A program made the position numbers and the translations under genes. A stretch of 58,366 nt of DNA from a virus: the UHGV virus genome UHGV-1376262. The stretch is one strand, 5' to 3'. Shown one piece after another: positions 17,730 to 27,800 of this stretch; the first letter of the stretch is position 1; every line of letters starts with the position of its first letter. The notes under the pieces are model-generated. The model had not been told where the DNA came from. It worked only from the letters and a program-made list of their open reading frames with translations, and did not search any database.

Positions 17730-17775
17730 AGCTCTATAGTAATATTACCACATCTTAAAGCATTTGTCAAGTCGT
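17730..17775 (-). promoter_or_regulatory. Strong early promoter driving the tRNA/ncRNA island: TTGACA, 17 nt spacer, TAATAT.
   Basis: Reverse complement reads aaaaagttttaaaaacgacTTGACAaatgctttaagatgtggTAATAT. It points into 17725 down to 16400. Confidence 0.55.
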
Positions 17776-17787
17776 TTTTAAAACTTT

Positions 17788-17988
17788 TTAACGACCCTTT
17801 ATCTTAGCATAGTTAAAACTCATTTGGATAAGCTTCTTGTTGCCATGTTCATCTTGGATAAAAGCATGTCTTGGCTTGTTTGGAATAGTTTCCACAACGA
17901 CATACTCTCCGCCTCTGATAACGCTATTGTTGGCACATATATTGCCTTGATAAATTACTGTATCGCCTACGTAAAAACGGCTATAATC
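17788..17988 (-). CDS. Hypothetical protein. Start refined to MDYSRFYV.
   Basis: ORF track 17788..18123. The long version overlaps the upstream gene by 143 nt. Confidence 0.4.
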   Translation of the reverse strand, partial: DYSRFYVGDTVIYQGNICANNSVIRGGEYVVVETIPNKPRHAFIQDEHGNKKLIQMSFNYAKIKGR

Positions 17989-18424
17989 CATCTTCGCAAT
18001 AGCTCCATTCAAAGTCTTCAATAACGCCTTTGTCAATCGACTTAGTAATAGCTTCTTTATCAGCTGTGAACTTGTACTCTGAGTGGTATACGCCAGTGCT
18101 TCTTTGAAATAGTTCATCAACAACTACATCAAAGATTGGACTAACAGCTATTTCAACAGAAGCTTCAAGGGGGCTTAATCCGTTAAAGTCTTGGATAATG
18201 TTAGCAGAAGCAAACCACAAGCCTTCTTTGATTACTTCTTCAAGCTTTTCTCCTAAAGGCTTATCAATTTCTGATTCTTCCCAGTCGTCAGCATAGTATG
18301 TGAAAGCCCAACCATCGCCTGTAACACCTTCTTCTGTAAGGTATTTCAAAGAGGCGTAGGCAGTGATTTTAGCAAGCTCCATTTTAACAGGTACAGTAAT
18401 TTCTGATGTATCCATGTTATTCAC
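17981..18424 (-). CDS. Hypothetical protein.
   Basis: ORF track. Confidence 0.45.
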   Translation of the reverse strand: MNNMDTSEITVPVKMELAKITAYASLKYLTEEGVTGDGWAFTYYADDWEESEIDKPLGEKLEEVIKEGLWFASANIIQDFNGLSPLEASVEIAVSPIFDVVVDELFQRSTGVYHSEYKFTADKEAITKSIDKGVIEDFEWSYCEDGL

Positions 18425-18812
18425 CCTTTGCTAAACGTTCTGCTTCCTCGATAGCTTCCTTACGTTTCTTGTCAGCTTCTTCTGCAAACTGTTTCTTAAG
18501 CTCTTCGATTTCAGCTAAACGATCTTCTGGTAATAAGTGTTGATAACGAGTTACTAAATACTCTGTTTGAGAGAATAAGTAATCCACTAATACTTGGTCG
18601 CCTTCTTTAGCAGCTTCTTCATCGTCTTCTGCATAATCCATAATAGCATTTAGCACGAGAGCATTGTCATGGATTTTAAGAATCTTCTCTAAGCGCTCTT
18701 CACCTTGATAGCCTGTCGAAAGATAAGGTAAATATAAGCCCATGATTTGCGGTACGATAAGCATTAATAAACCGTCTTCTTTATTCATGTAAATTTTATG
18801 TTCTTTCAATTG
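18417..18812 (-). CDS. Hypothetical acidic protein. Start probably TTG or the downstream ATG.
   Basis: ORF track 18417..18884. A GGAGG RBS lies 8 nt before the TTG at about 18812. Confidence 0.4.
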   Translation of the reverse strand, partial: QLKEHKIYMNKEDGLLMLIVPQIMGLYLPYLSTGYQGEERLEKILKIHDNALVLNAIMDYAEDDEEAAKEGDQVLVDYLFSQTEYLVTRYQHLLPEDRLAEIEELKKQFAEEADKKRKEAIEEAERLAKGE

Positions 18813-18858
18813 CTTTTCCTCCAATAGTGGAAGAGGAGCCGAAGCCCCTCTATGGTTT

Positions 18859-19665
18859 TTAGAATGGAATGTCTTCTTCGCCAATGTCTGGTAAAGGATA
18901 GTTTGTTACTGCTTGTTCTACTCCTTGTAAACGACTTACATCGAATCCGATTTTTTGCAAGTCTTCGATTTGGCGTTCAGTAGAGCTTTCAAAGATAGCA
19001 TTGTCGAACGCTTCTTCTTCTACTGTTTGTCCAGCAGTTTCATTGAAGACTTTCAACATGTCTTCTCCGCCTTCCATAGCTAACAAGTCTTCTTCATCAA
19101 GAGGTGTGAATGTGTATTTGTTAGCAGCAGTGCAAGTGATTTGGAATGGTTTTTTACCAAACTTGCGAGCGTTTACTGGGTTTGTTAAGAACGATGTTAA
19201 AGCGTCAATGTTTGCACGGTCTTTTCCTAAGTTTGTTTCTAATAGGATTGGAGTGCCTGCTTCATACAAGTTGTTTTTCTTGCCTTGTGTAAAGTCTTGT
19301 AATAAGATTACTCCGAACAAGAACAACGGTTTTGGAGCCAATTGATTAGCTTTAGTCCAAGCCCCTTTTTCTAATGCTGTTGGATCGCCAGCTGCTTTAC
19401 GTTTGTTGTGGTCAGCTACCATCATTTGATGAGCTTCGTGGTACAAGTCACGTTCAGTGCGTCCTTCACCATGATAGGAAAGTGATGTTAAAATGCTTCC
19501 GAATACAGATACTGTTTGGAACACATGTAAGTTTTCTACAATGTTTTCTGGAATGCGAACGATAACGCTTTGACCTTTTTTAAGGTAGGTACGTTTTGAT
19601 AATTCACGTTCTCCTCCGTCCGCTTGTGCTACTGTTTTGTTAATTGCGTCTAAACCTTTTGCCAT
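18859..19665 (-). CDS. Putative ssDNA-binding or recombination protein with an SSB-like acidic C-terminal tip (EEDIPF).
   Basis: C-terminus ...LPDIGEEDIPF mimics the bacterial SSB DDDIPF tail. Confidence 0.4.
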   Translation of the reverse strand: MAKGLDAINKTVAQADGGERELSKRTYLKKGQSVIVRIPENIVENLHVFQTVSVFGSILTSLSYHGEGRTERDLYHEAHQMMVADHNKRKAAGDPTALEKGAWTKANQLAPKPLFLFGVILLQDFTQGKKNNLYEAGTPILLETNLGKDRANIDALTSFLTNPVNARKFGKKPFQITCTAANKYTFTPLDEEDLLAMEGGEDMLKVFNETAGQTVEEEAFDNAIFESSTERQIEDLQKIGFDVSRLQGVEQAVTNYPLPDIGEEDIPF

Positions 19666-19714
19666 AAGTTAAGCTCTCCTTTAATAACCTTATTTAAGTA
19701 CAACATTAGTATAG

Positions 19715-19750
19715 CATATCCTAAGACTTAATGCAAGTTTTTTCGCTATA
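19715..19750 (-). promoter_or_regulatory. Promoter for the 19665..17788 operon: TTGCAT, 17 nt spacer, TG-n-TATACT.
   Basis: Reverse complement reads TTGCATtaagtcttaggatatgcTATACT with an extended -10 TG. Confidence 0.45.
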
Positions 19751-19816
19751 TAATAGAAGCTTTTTTAAATCCTATTGTTACAGTTTCTTTACATTTTTAA
19801 TTTCAGTCAAAAAACG

Positions 19817-19848
19817 GCTTGACAAGCTTGACACATTTTGGTAAAATG
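19817..19848 (+). promoter_or_regulatory. Sigma-A promoter: TTGACA, 17 nt spacer, TAAAAT.
   Basis: ggcTTGACAagcttgacacattttggTAAAAT. Confidence 0.5.
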
Positions 19849-20097
19849 GTCTTACAGGTCTTTAAGAGAGTTATTTACATGTTAATAAATACACTCCACG
19901 AGACAAGCGTAAGCTTTTCGAGTGAACCAATGCTGAAAGCTTTGGTTGATTCTTTTGAACTAGGTTGTTTCTATAGGCTTAAGGATAACTATGCCTTTTT
20001 GAAAAGTCTGTAAAAAGCAGAGATAAAAGCTGCGCCAAAGGCTTGCTTCATCGTTCGTAAACTCACTCAGAAACTCCATTAAATAATTTTACATAAA

Positions 20098-20130
20098 GTG
20101 TTGACAAACCTTTTCTAAGGTGTTATTATG
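20098..20130 (+). promoter_or_regulatory. Sigma-A promoter: TTGACA, 17 nt spacer, TATTAT.
   Basis: gtgTTGACAaaccttttctaaggtgtTATTAT, 25 nt upstream of the RBS and ATG at 20159. Confidence 0.55.
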
Positions 20131-20158
20131 GATTCATCAACTAACAAGGAGAGGTTTT

Positions 20159-20377
20159 ATGAAGACAACATATAAACGTGCTGGGCGACCAGTAGTAGGC
20201 TTTAACAAAGAAACTGGAGAGATGGTTCAATTTGACTCTTTAACGAAAGCTGCTGAGGCAGGTTTTACACAACCTCGTATTAGTAAGATTTGTTTAGAGG
20301 GTAAAGGACGCCATCGAGGCTTTGAGTGGAAGTATTTAGATGAGCATGAAGGAGGCTTTGACAATGGCTTGGATTAG
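20159..20377 (+). CDS. Small NUMOD1/IENR1-like DNA-binding protein.
   Basis: 73 aa containing GRPVVGFNKETGEMVQFDSLTKAAEAGFTQPRISKICLEGKGRHRGFEWKY. RBS GGAGAGG. Confidence 0.45.
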   Translation: MKTTYKRAGRPVVGFNKETGEMVQFDSLTKAAEAGFTQPRISKICLEGKGRHRGFEWKYLDEHEGGFDNGLD

Positions 20378-20780
20378 AACTCCTGAAAACAAGCTTTATA
20401 AGAATGAGCATGGAGACAAGGTTTTAACAACCGATTGGCAAAACGCTCCGATAGAGCTTTGGAATAGTACAACGGTTCTTGAATACGTTAATGCACGCAA
20501 CTTACAGCTTTATGGAGTGACTCCACTAAGAGTTAATGTAAAGCTTTCTCAGATAACTTGTGCCAGAGACATTAAAGAATATTCTGCCGAAGCTGTTAAG
20601 AAGTGGATTGATGTAGCTATGAGAAAGCATAAGCCTACAAGAGAGTTTCCAACGATCACTTATATAACGCTTCGTAATTTCTACATGGCGGAGCTTATGC
20701 CAGCTGTCCTTAAACAGATTGAAGAAGAGAAAGCTGCTCATAAAGACTTTGACATTGATGAGATTGTTGATTTATTTTAA
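20364..20780 (+). CDS. Hypothetical protein. Start refined to MAWIRT.
   Basis: ORF track 20340..20780. GGAGG RBS 8 nt upstream of 20364. Confidence 0.45.
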   Translation: MAWIRTPENKLYKNEHGDKVLTTDWQNAPIELWNSTTVLEYVNARNLQLYGVTPLRVNVKLSQITCARDIKEYSAEAVKKWIDVAMRKHKPTREFPTITYITLRNFYMAELMPAVLKQIEEEKAAHKDFDIDEIVDLF

Positions 20781-20785
20781 ACTAT

Positions 20786-20820
20786 CAAAAAAGCCCTTGG
20801 GAATAATCCCTTGGGCTTTT
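20786..20820. terminator. Bidirectional rho-independent terminator shared by the convergent genes 20364..20780 (plus) and the endolysin (minus).
   Basis: AAAAAAGCCCttGGGAataaTCCCttGGGCTTTTG: an A-tract, a GC stem, then a T-tract. Confidence 0.6.
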
Positions 20821-20829
20821 GTTATGTGC

Positions 20830-21588
20830 TTAAACTTTAACTTGTGGTAATGCTGCTTCCATCATTTTCAAACCAAAGTTGTCGTGGTTATAAGTGGTTA
20901 CGTTAGTGTTTCCACCATAGCGTTTGATTAAGTCGTTAGCTTCGTTTACATAAGTCATTGTAGGTAAGTAGATACGTTTGTCTCCAATAACGAACCATTG
21001 TTCTGTATTGCCTTCTTTAGTTTTCTTGTAATAAATGAACATTAAATCATCGTCTCCTTTAGGTTTTGGGAAGTCTGGTTTTGGTGGTTGTGGATTAGGC
21101 TTTGGTGGAGCTGGTTTATTATCAGCTTCATATGGAGGTCTAATAACACCCCACACGCCATCTAAGTTGTGGTGGACAGGCTGAGCATAAGAGCCTACTG
21201 TAAGGCTTGGATTAACCCAGTTTTGATCTACACTTACAAAGGTTCCGTCAGCTTTACCATTCTCTGTGGCAATGCCTGTATGTCCGTATTGTGCATAAGC
21301 TCCTAAGCCCCACACCATAACGTCTCCTGCTTTTATTTGAGTAGCGTCTGTAACTCTAATTCTTTGGAATCCATTTGGCAAAGGTTGGTCAACCAGTGCA
21401 ATGGCATTTCCATAAGGGTGCCAGCCGAAGAACTTCTTCATAACGTGTACTGTTAAATCCATACACTGGAAGCCATAATAACCGTCTTCGTCAACACCTT
21501 TTCCTACTAAGCCATTGACATAGCTTGCGACATCGTTTGCACGAACCATATAATCGCTCCTTTCATATTTTCCCAACAACCCACCCAA
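20830..21588 (-). CDS. Endolysin: N-terminal CHAP peptidoglycan hydrolase, a Pro-rich linker, and a C-terminal cell-wall-binding domain.
   Basis: CHAP Cys/His motifs (GFQCMDLTVHVM, GHTGIA), the linker PPKPNPQPPKPDFPKPK, and a C-terminal domain of about 70 aa. Confidence 0.7.
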   Translation of the reverse strand: MGGLLGKYERSDYMVRANDVASYVNGLVGKGVDEDGYYGFQCMDLTVHVMKKFFGWHPYGNAIALVDQPLPNGFQRIRVTDATQIKAGDVMVWGLGAYAQYGHTGIATENGKADGTFVSVDQNWVNPSLTVGSYAQPVHHNLDGVWGVIRPPYEADNKPAPPKPNPQPPKPDFPKPKGDDDLMFIYYKKTKEGNTEQWFVIGDKRIYLPTMTYVNEANDLIKRYGGNTNVTTYNHDNFGLKMMEAALPQVKV

Positions 21589-21620
21589 AGCTTTTGAAGA
21601 GTGCTTCTAACTCGTTTATC

Positions 21621-24600
21621 CTAAGTTTTGAAAACCTCTGTAATTTGAAGTGACGGAACACTTGAGATAAAGCTATACTTGCCAGCTGGTAGAGCTATTC
21701 TAAAACCAATGAACCAGTCTTTCGGAACATCAATAACGAATGAACCCATACCAATGTAACGAAGCATTAGAGGCTCAGCACTTTTAGTGTTACCAACCGC
21801 TCCAATATAACCATCTTCTCCTTTAGTAGTCATATCGTCTACCTTGTTAGACCTGATAATTTGAGTATAAATGTAGTGTGCCTGACCAGCTGTACCATCT
21901 CCTTGATGGCGTAGGTTAATGTCAAATTTAAAAGTTCCTGCTCTCTTAAATTGCATTACAGTTCTATTTGAGTTAAACCAGATTAAATTGGAGTGTTCTA
22001 GCGAAGATGTATTGAAGTCTGTACCCATAAAACCTCCAATTCTAAGCAATGTATTGGTAGGAATCTTGTCCATGTTCGGGCCATTTCCATAGAATGAAGA
22101 AAACTGTTTCTTACCATTTACTATGATGCCAGTATCTTGAATAGATGTCGAGGCATTCTTAGAGGTATCTTTATGGGTAGATGTAACATTTAAGTAACCA
22201 CCTAAAAGCTGTGCAGTCTTTTGATCAGTGACATCACCAGTGCTTGGGTCATAATTTTTAGTTACATTTGAAACTCCGCCAGAAAGTTGTACATAATCGT
22301 TTCCTCGTAAAGTTTCTTTACCATTCTCTGTAATGTAAGTGTTATTACTTACTGAAATCTCTCTAGCTTGGATTTTACTAATACCTTCATCACGAGTAGT
22401 CCCACTGGTAACATTCCACGTATTTATAAACTCAGAACCAGTGATTGTTGTACCTGTGATGTTAATACCTTGGATAGTACCAGCTTTGATTTGGCTTGCG
22501 TCAATGTTTGTAACGTTGATTTTAGAAGCGTCAATAATTCCTGCTGTAAGCTTACTAGCTGATAAGTCAGCGATCATAGCGTCTTTGATAACAGCGTCCT
22601 CAATGTACGTTTTACCAGTGATTTGAACTTTTGCGCCATCAATGATAATTCCTTCTGTAGAAACGTTAATCTGATTGATTACATCATTCTTTTCAACACG
22701 TAGATTAATCTGGTCTTGAAGCTGTGTGATTTGACTCTTGTCAGCTTTATCCCCAACTGTCAATTGGATTTCATCAACCGTTTGTGAGATTTGGCTAAAG
22801 TTAGTTTCTAATCCGTCTGTCTTAGTTACTAAAGAAGTGATCTCACCATTGATGTTTGTAATGCTTGCGATAGCGTCTTCTGGGGCTGGCTGCCAATCGC
22901 CAATCTTATCGCCTTCTACAAGGTATACTTCTGAAAAGTCAAAGTTATCTCCGTCCTTAACTTCATTCCTAACACCTTGATAGATTAGGAGAACGTCTCC
23001 TTCTCTAGCAGTTGTGGTTAACTCTGCAAAGCCTTCTCCAGACTCGTTCTCATTAGTTGGTACTAAGACGATATTAGAAGTAAATGCCAAAGCTGCAACA
23101 TTATAGATACCTACAGTAATACCTTCTGGGAGAGTTCCTGCTGTAAGAGCATATTTAAATCTAAGTTTATAGTCCGTGTTAGGTTTTGTGTTAATAGCCA
23201 ATGGAATAGTCTTTCTCCGACCAGTTGTTCCAGCTCCTGTATCGTTTACGGTAATCTTTTGAGAGTTTCTTACAAGGTTACGACCACTAATCATAAGCTT
23301 ATTGTATCTATCTAAAGCTTCTTGAGCAGCTGTCTTAGCTGTATCAGCGTCTTCCACAGCTTGGTTAGCTTTCTCTAATGAGTCGGCAGCTTCTTTAGCA
23401 GCTTCATCGGCAGTATCTTGGGCTTCAAAAGCTTTTGAAGTATCCATAGATAGCTTCCATACTTTTTCAACGCCGTCCCAAACTTTGATTTCATGGATCG
23501 TTTGACCTTTCTCATTAACTCTTGTAGAGAACCATGTATCTCCATCAATAGGGTTTGGTTTAGGAGTATCTCCAATACTAATAGAGTTTTTTCCGTTAAG
23601 GTCTTCAATAATACCTTCTTGACCTTCCTCAATCTTTGCAATCTGGTCTCCAAAACCTTCGATGATAACTGTGTTGGAGTCAACTCTATCACCAAGGTCT
23701 TTCAAGGCGTCTCGAATGCCTGCGATGTCGTCAGTGTCATAAGTGTTGATTTCACGGAAGTTTGTAAAGGTAACCTCATCAAGGCTTGGATCGTCTTCAT
23801 GATATACATACTCAATAACTCGTGCTTCCAAACCGATTTCACGAGAGCCTACTCGTTCCTTAATCCAAACAGTATCACCAAGAGCGATGTCTTCGCCTTC
23901 CCAGCCGATTAGGCGTTGTAAAAGCAACACGTTAACGGTGTATGTATACTGTGGAGCAACGTGATTTAAAAGCTCTTCACAACCTTGTCTGTAAACTAGT
24001 TCAGGATTAGTTCCAGTACCTTTAAAAGGCATTGCCTTAAAGAAGAACGGTTCGTCATAGTTCGCATGAGCTTCATTATGAACAATTAGAGGGCTTTCTT
24101 TATCCTTGGTGAAACCTTCTACAGGACTTACAGGCGCCCAATCTTTTAGAGTCAATACTTTACCGTCAGCATTTGTGTAATAAGGCATGATAGCAGTCTT
24201 TATTGCGTCATACTTAATGTCTCTAGTAATACCTAGAACGTCTCTGTCATAAGTGAAATACTTACCTGTTTGAAGACCACGGTTTTTGAACACTTTAACA
24301 ATACGTTTGACATGGTTGAAAGCGTCTTTCTCAGCTGTGAACTTAAACTCAATTTCATAAGTTTCATTAAGCTTTGAAAATACCTCACGCATGTTTGTAT
24401 AGTCAGTTAGTACAAAAGGGTCTTCTCCTTCTTGCCAAGTGTCCGCAGCATATTCCACAGACCAACCAGTTCCTGCAACAGCTTTTGTCAATGAGTCTCC
24501 TAGATTGTGTCCATTAAAAGGAGCAATTACAGTAGAGTTCATTTCACTGATAGAGAAGTCTTCACATTCAACTCTAATAGTTGCGTTTACCTCTTGGAAC

Positions 24601-24842
24601 TCCTCATAAGTATTGATAATGTTAAAAAGGCGTAGGTCTCCGTCTTTGTCTTTTACAAGGACTTTGTTAAGACCTGTTAAATACTCTGAGTTAGTTTCCT
24701 CCAAAGGTGCAGAGAAAGAGAACCTCGAAACAAGGCTCTCTATATTCTCTGTTAACTCTGGCTCAAAGTAGGGAACGCCTTCTGGAGCTTCATTATTAAA
24801 ATGTGTTACAATAACTCCATTGGCATTTAAAACAGTAATCAT
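21621..24842 (-). CDS. Tail-associated lysin / distal tail fibre protein (Tal-like), 1073 aa.
   Basis: Large protein immediately downstream of the Dit-like gene. Has an N-terminal prophage-tail endopeptidase-like region and C-terminal beta-rich repeats. Confidence 0.6.
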   Translation of the reverse strand: MITVLNANGVIVTHFNNEAPEGVPYFEPELTENIESLVSRFSFSAPLEETNSEYLTGLNKVLVKDKDGDLRLFNIINTYEEFQEVNATIRVECEDFSISEMNSTVIAPFNGHNLGDSLTKAVAGTGWSVEYAADTWQEGEDPFVLTDYTNMREVFSKLNETYEIEFKFTAEKDAFNHVKRIVKVFKNRGLQTGKYFTYDRDVLGITRDIKYDAIKTAIMPYYTNADGKVLTLKDWAPVSPVEGFTKDKESPLIVHNEAHANYDEPFFFKAMPFKGTGTNPELVYRQGCEELLNHVAPQYTYTVNVLLLQRLIGWEGEDIALGDTVWIKERVGSREIGLEARVIEYVYHEDDPSLDEVTFTNFREINTYDTDDIAGIRDALKDLGDRVDSNTVIIEGFGDQIAKIEEGQEGIIEDLNGKNSISIGDTPKPNPIDGDTWFSTRVNEKGQTIHEIKVWDGVEKVWKLSMDTSKAFEAQDTADEAAKEAADSLEKANQAVEDADTAKTAAQEALDRYNKLMISGRNLVRNSQKITVNDTGAGTTGRRKTIPLAINTKPNTDYKLRFKYALTAGTLPEGITVGIYNVAALAFTSNIVLVPTNENESGEGFAELTTTAREGDVLLIYQGVRNEVKDGDNFDFSEVYLVEGDKIGDWQPAPEDAIASITNINGEITSLVTKTDGLETNFSQISQTVDEIQLTVGDKADKSQITQLQDQINLRVEKNDVINQINVSTEGIIIDGAKVQITGKTYIEDAVIKDAMIADLSASKLTAGIIDASKINVTNIDASQIKAGTIQGINITGTTITGSEFINTWNVTSGTTRDEGISKIQAREISVSNNTYITENGKETLRGNDYVQLSGGVSNVTKNYDPSTGDVTDQKTAQLLGGYLNVTSTHKDTSKNASTSIQDTGIIVNGKKQFSSFYGNGPNMDKIPTNTLLRIGGFMGTDFNTSSLEHSNLIWFNSNRTVMQFKRAGTFKFDINLRHQGDGTAGQAHYIYTQIIRSNKVDDMTTKGEDGYIGAVGNTKSAEPLMLRYIGMGSFVIDVPKDWFIGFRIALPAGKYSFISSVPSLQITEVFKT

Positions 24843-24853
24843 TTGTTTACCTC

Positions 24854-27800
24854 CTACTTGAATCTTTCGTTATATACTATGTCTAACTTACCACTAAAGT
24901 TATTCACTCCAATATAGTTATCACCTTTCGTGATTGGGAACCAGTCAGTCATAGGGTCTACTAATGATGGGGTTAACTCTCCGTTTAGGTAAGTTTGTGC
25001 TTTGCTTGAATCAATTACAACCGTGTCGCCTTCGTGGAAGAGAATTGGAGTTCCTTCTTTAGGGTTTTCTCTGTAGTTCTCAAGATTTTCCCAAACAAGT
25101 AATCTACGGATTGACAAGTGACCTAGTTTAGGTCTATTATTGTATTGTCCGAAGAATACTCCAACACGTGAGAACTTCTTACCCCAAGTTTCTGGTGGAA
25201 GGTCAAACCAACCTGTATCCTTGGTATCTTTCAACATGCCTTGACCAAAGTTGAATACAGCTTCTGGAGCTGGGCTGTACTTACGGTTTGAATACTGACC
25301 TACAATAAGTCTCCATCTGTTGTCTCTACGCTGTACGGAAACTTTTCCCCAGAAGTCTTTCCATTTAGCTCCGTTATTGATTGTTCTACGCTTAGTCCAG
25401 TCACCTGCATAAGCTACGTAGCTGTCTAAGTTACCTTCTTGAGGACGGCTTCCTACTTTAGTGTAGGCGTAAGCTTCTCCATTCTCGTCATAAAACACTA
25501 AGAAGATAGCATTTAATGATTGTTTTACAGGTTTACCAGTAGCAACAATGGAAGCTTCCATGTAAAAGTCGTCAAGGTTCTTTTGAAGGTTAGCTACAAT
25601 ACCTGCTCCATGGAATCCTTTATGGGAAGTGTCTCCATAATTCCACTTATCTTGGTTACCAATACCATTGGCACGCTGTACAGTCCCTTGAATCTTAGCA
25701 GAGTTTCCTTCAAAGTTTGGAAGCTGCGTATCGTTCATGGCAGTCCAGCCTGCTCCATCGCTTGGAGTAAACTTACTGTAAAACTTACGAGGTCTCAAGT
25801 CTACTTTAGTCTCATCGTTAGAGTCTGTAGGACGTCTTCCGATAGAAACGTTGGCAGAGGTGTCGGTACCTACTAAATCCACATAACCAACCTCTTTGTC
25901 AAAGGTTAATTGATATACTGGATAAGTGTTTGCAGTTCCTTTATTCTCAAGTTCAATGATTGGAACAGAACCTGTTGTACTGTCGATTGTAAAGCTTTCC
26001 ACAACCTCTTCACCAATTGCTGTATTCTCAAGCAATGCAAAGTTTAAAGTAAAGTTACCTACATTAACCTCTTGGTTAAGGTCTGTGGAACCATCTAAGA
26101 TAACCTTGTAGTAACGGTCTGGATTATCAGAAAGCTGTAGTACAGTTTCTCCAACATCTAAGTAGTCAGCAAGCTCTTCCATAAGCTTAGGCATGTCTTC
26201 CTCTTTAGGGGCTTTGATAAAGCAGTTCAATGAAATCATTCTAACGTCTTCTGTAACTCCATAGTTGTAACGTCTTGTACCTTTGTTAATAGGTTGCAAG
26301 TTGTTTTGCTTAGGAGCTAAGATAGAGCGGTTGATGTCTCTTACAAAGACGAACCAAGGCTGTTTCTGATAGTTATATCTAAACACTCTAGGTAAGCTGT
26401 CGTATTGTCTATCCATTAAAAAGCTGAATGTCAAGCTTGAATCAAGAGACATTGCAGACTCTCTGTCGGAAGGAGTTTTACGAGCAAACCCTACATAGAT
26501 ATATCCATTAGGGTGAATAAAGTGTCCTTTAGAGTTATTGATAACCATTTCAACGGTTTGTCCAAGCTCTGTCTTAATCAAGTAATCCCTGTCAGGATTG
26601 TTTGCCTCAGCGCTTGCTTGAACTTCTCTACTACCTATAGGAACCTCGTCCTCATCTATTGGAGTAGCAGTTAACGTAAACTCTTTAATCCTGTCATTGA
26701 TTTTACGAATACGATCATCGAAAGTGTAACAGTCCCCAAAGAACTCTGGGTAACTACTTTCAACGTAACCATAAATATCATAAGCATGTGTAACTTGAAC
26801 CATTGATCCAAACATGTATTCCTCCGTTGAAGAAACAGGTCTCTCTAGAGACTCTACTCGATAGTCTGGTAAATCAGGGTTAAATCCCCATTCGTCAAGT
26901 TGTGATTGAGTGACTGTGATAGAAGCTGTCATAACGACATGGTCAACTTCCATAAAAGGTTTTTGATTGAACTCCGCAACGTCTTCTGGTTTAGTTGCCC
27001 AGAAAAGCTTAGCATAGTCTTTTTTACCAGACTCTTTAGCAAGGTATCCTACAACTCTTACAGTATCCTTTTCTGTAATCTTTCCACCAACGTTGTTGAA
27101 CACGAATGTACTAGCTTCTCTGCTAACTTCGGCTTTAATGTCTGTAAGCTCCCCATTAACCTCTAGCACAACTGTGTCCATAATGGAGTCAACATATCCT
27201 TTGATAGTGTTACCACCTGAATAAAGCTCATTGACAACCAGCTTGTTACTCTTAACAAAGGATACTACCTCTCCTTGAGGGTTAATCCATTCTTGGTAAG
27301 TAGATGGGTGAACGACTGTTGTTAATCCGTTTCCTTTAAGCTGTTGTAATACTTGTTGAGCTTTAGTTCCATCTGGAAGCCATCTCCAGAAGCATAAGTC
27401 AAGACCTCCGACTCCTTGAGTGATTGATCGTGCTGTTACAGAAGTTGTGAAGATGTCAGCAATGCTTCTCATACGAAGCTGTTTCTCTGCATCCGTTGTA
27501 AGGTCGTCAAAGATTTTAGGAAGAACCTTCTCAATAGCTCCTTTAAGGTTAATGTTAAATTGCATTGCTACAGGTTCTGTACGATAGTTAGTTTCAGCTC
27601 TAGCAACGTTTCCATCAAGCTTGTTAGCGATGGCGTCATACCACTCTTGTCTAAACTCTGTCCAGTTGTCATTAGAAGGTTGTACAGCAACCTCTGCGGA
27701 AGCTTTGCCTTTCTCTGAGGTAACCATTACACGATAGTGTGAAGCTCCAGCAGGAACGTCTACACGAGCAGCATAGCCACCATACGTACTAGACTCTCTT

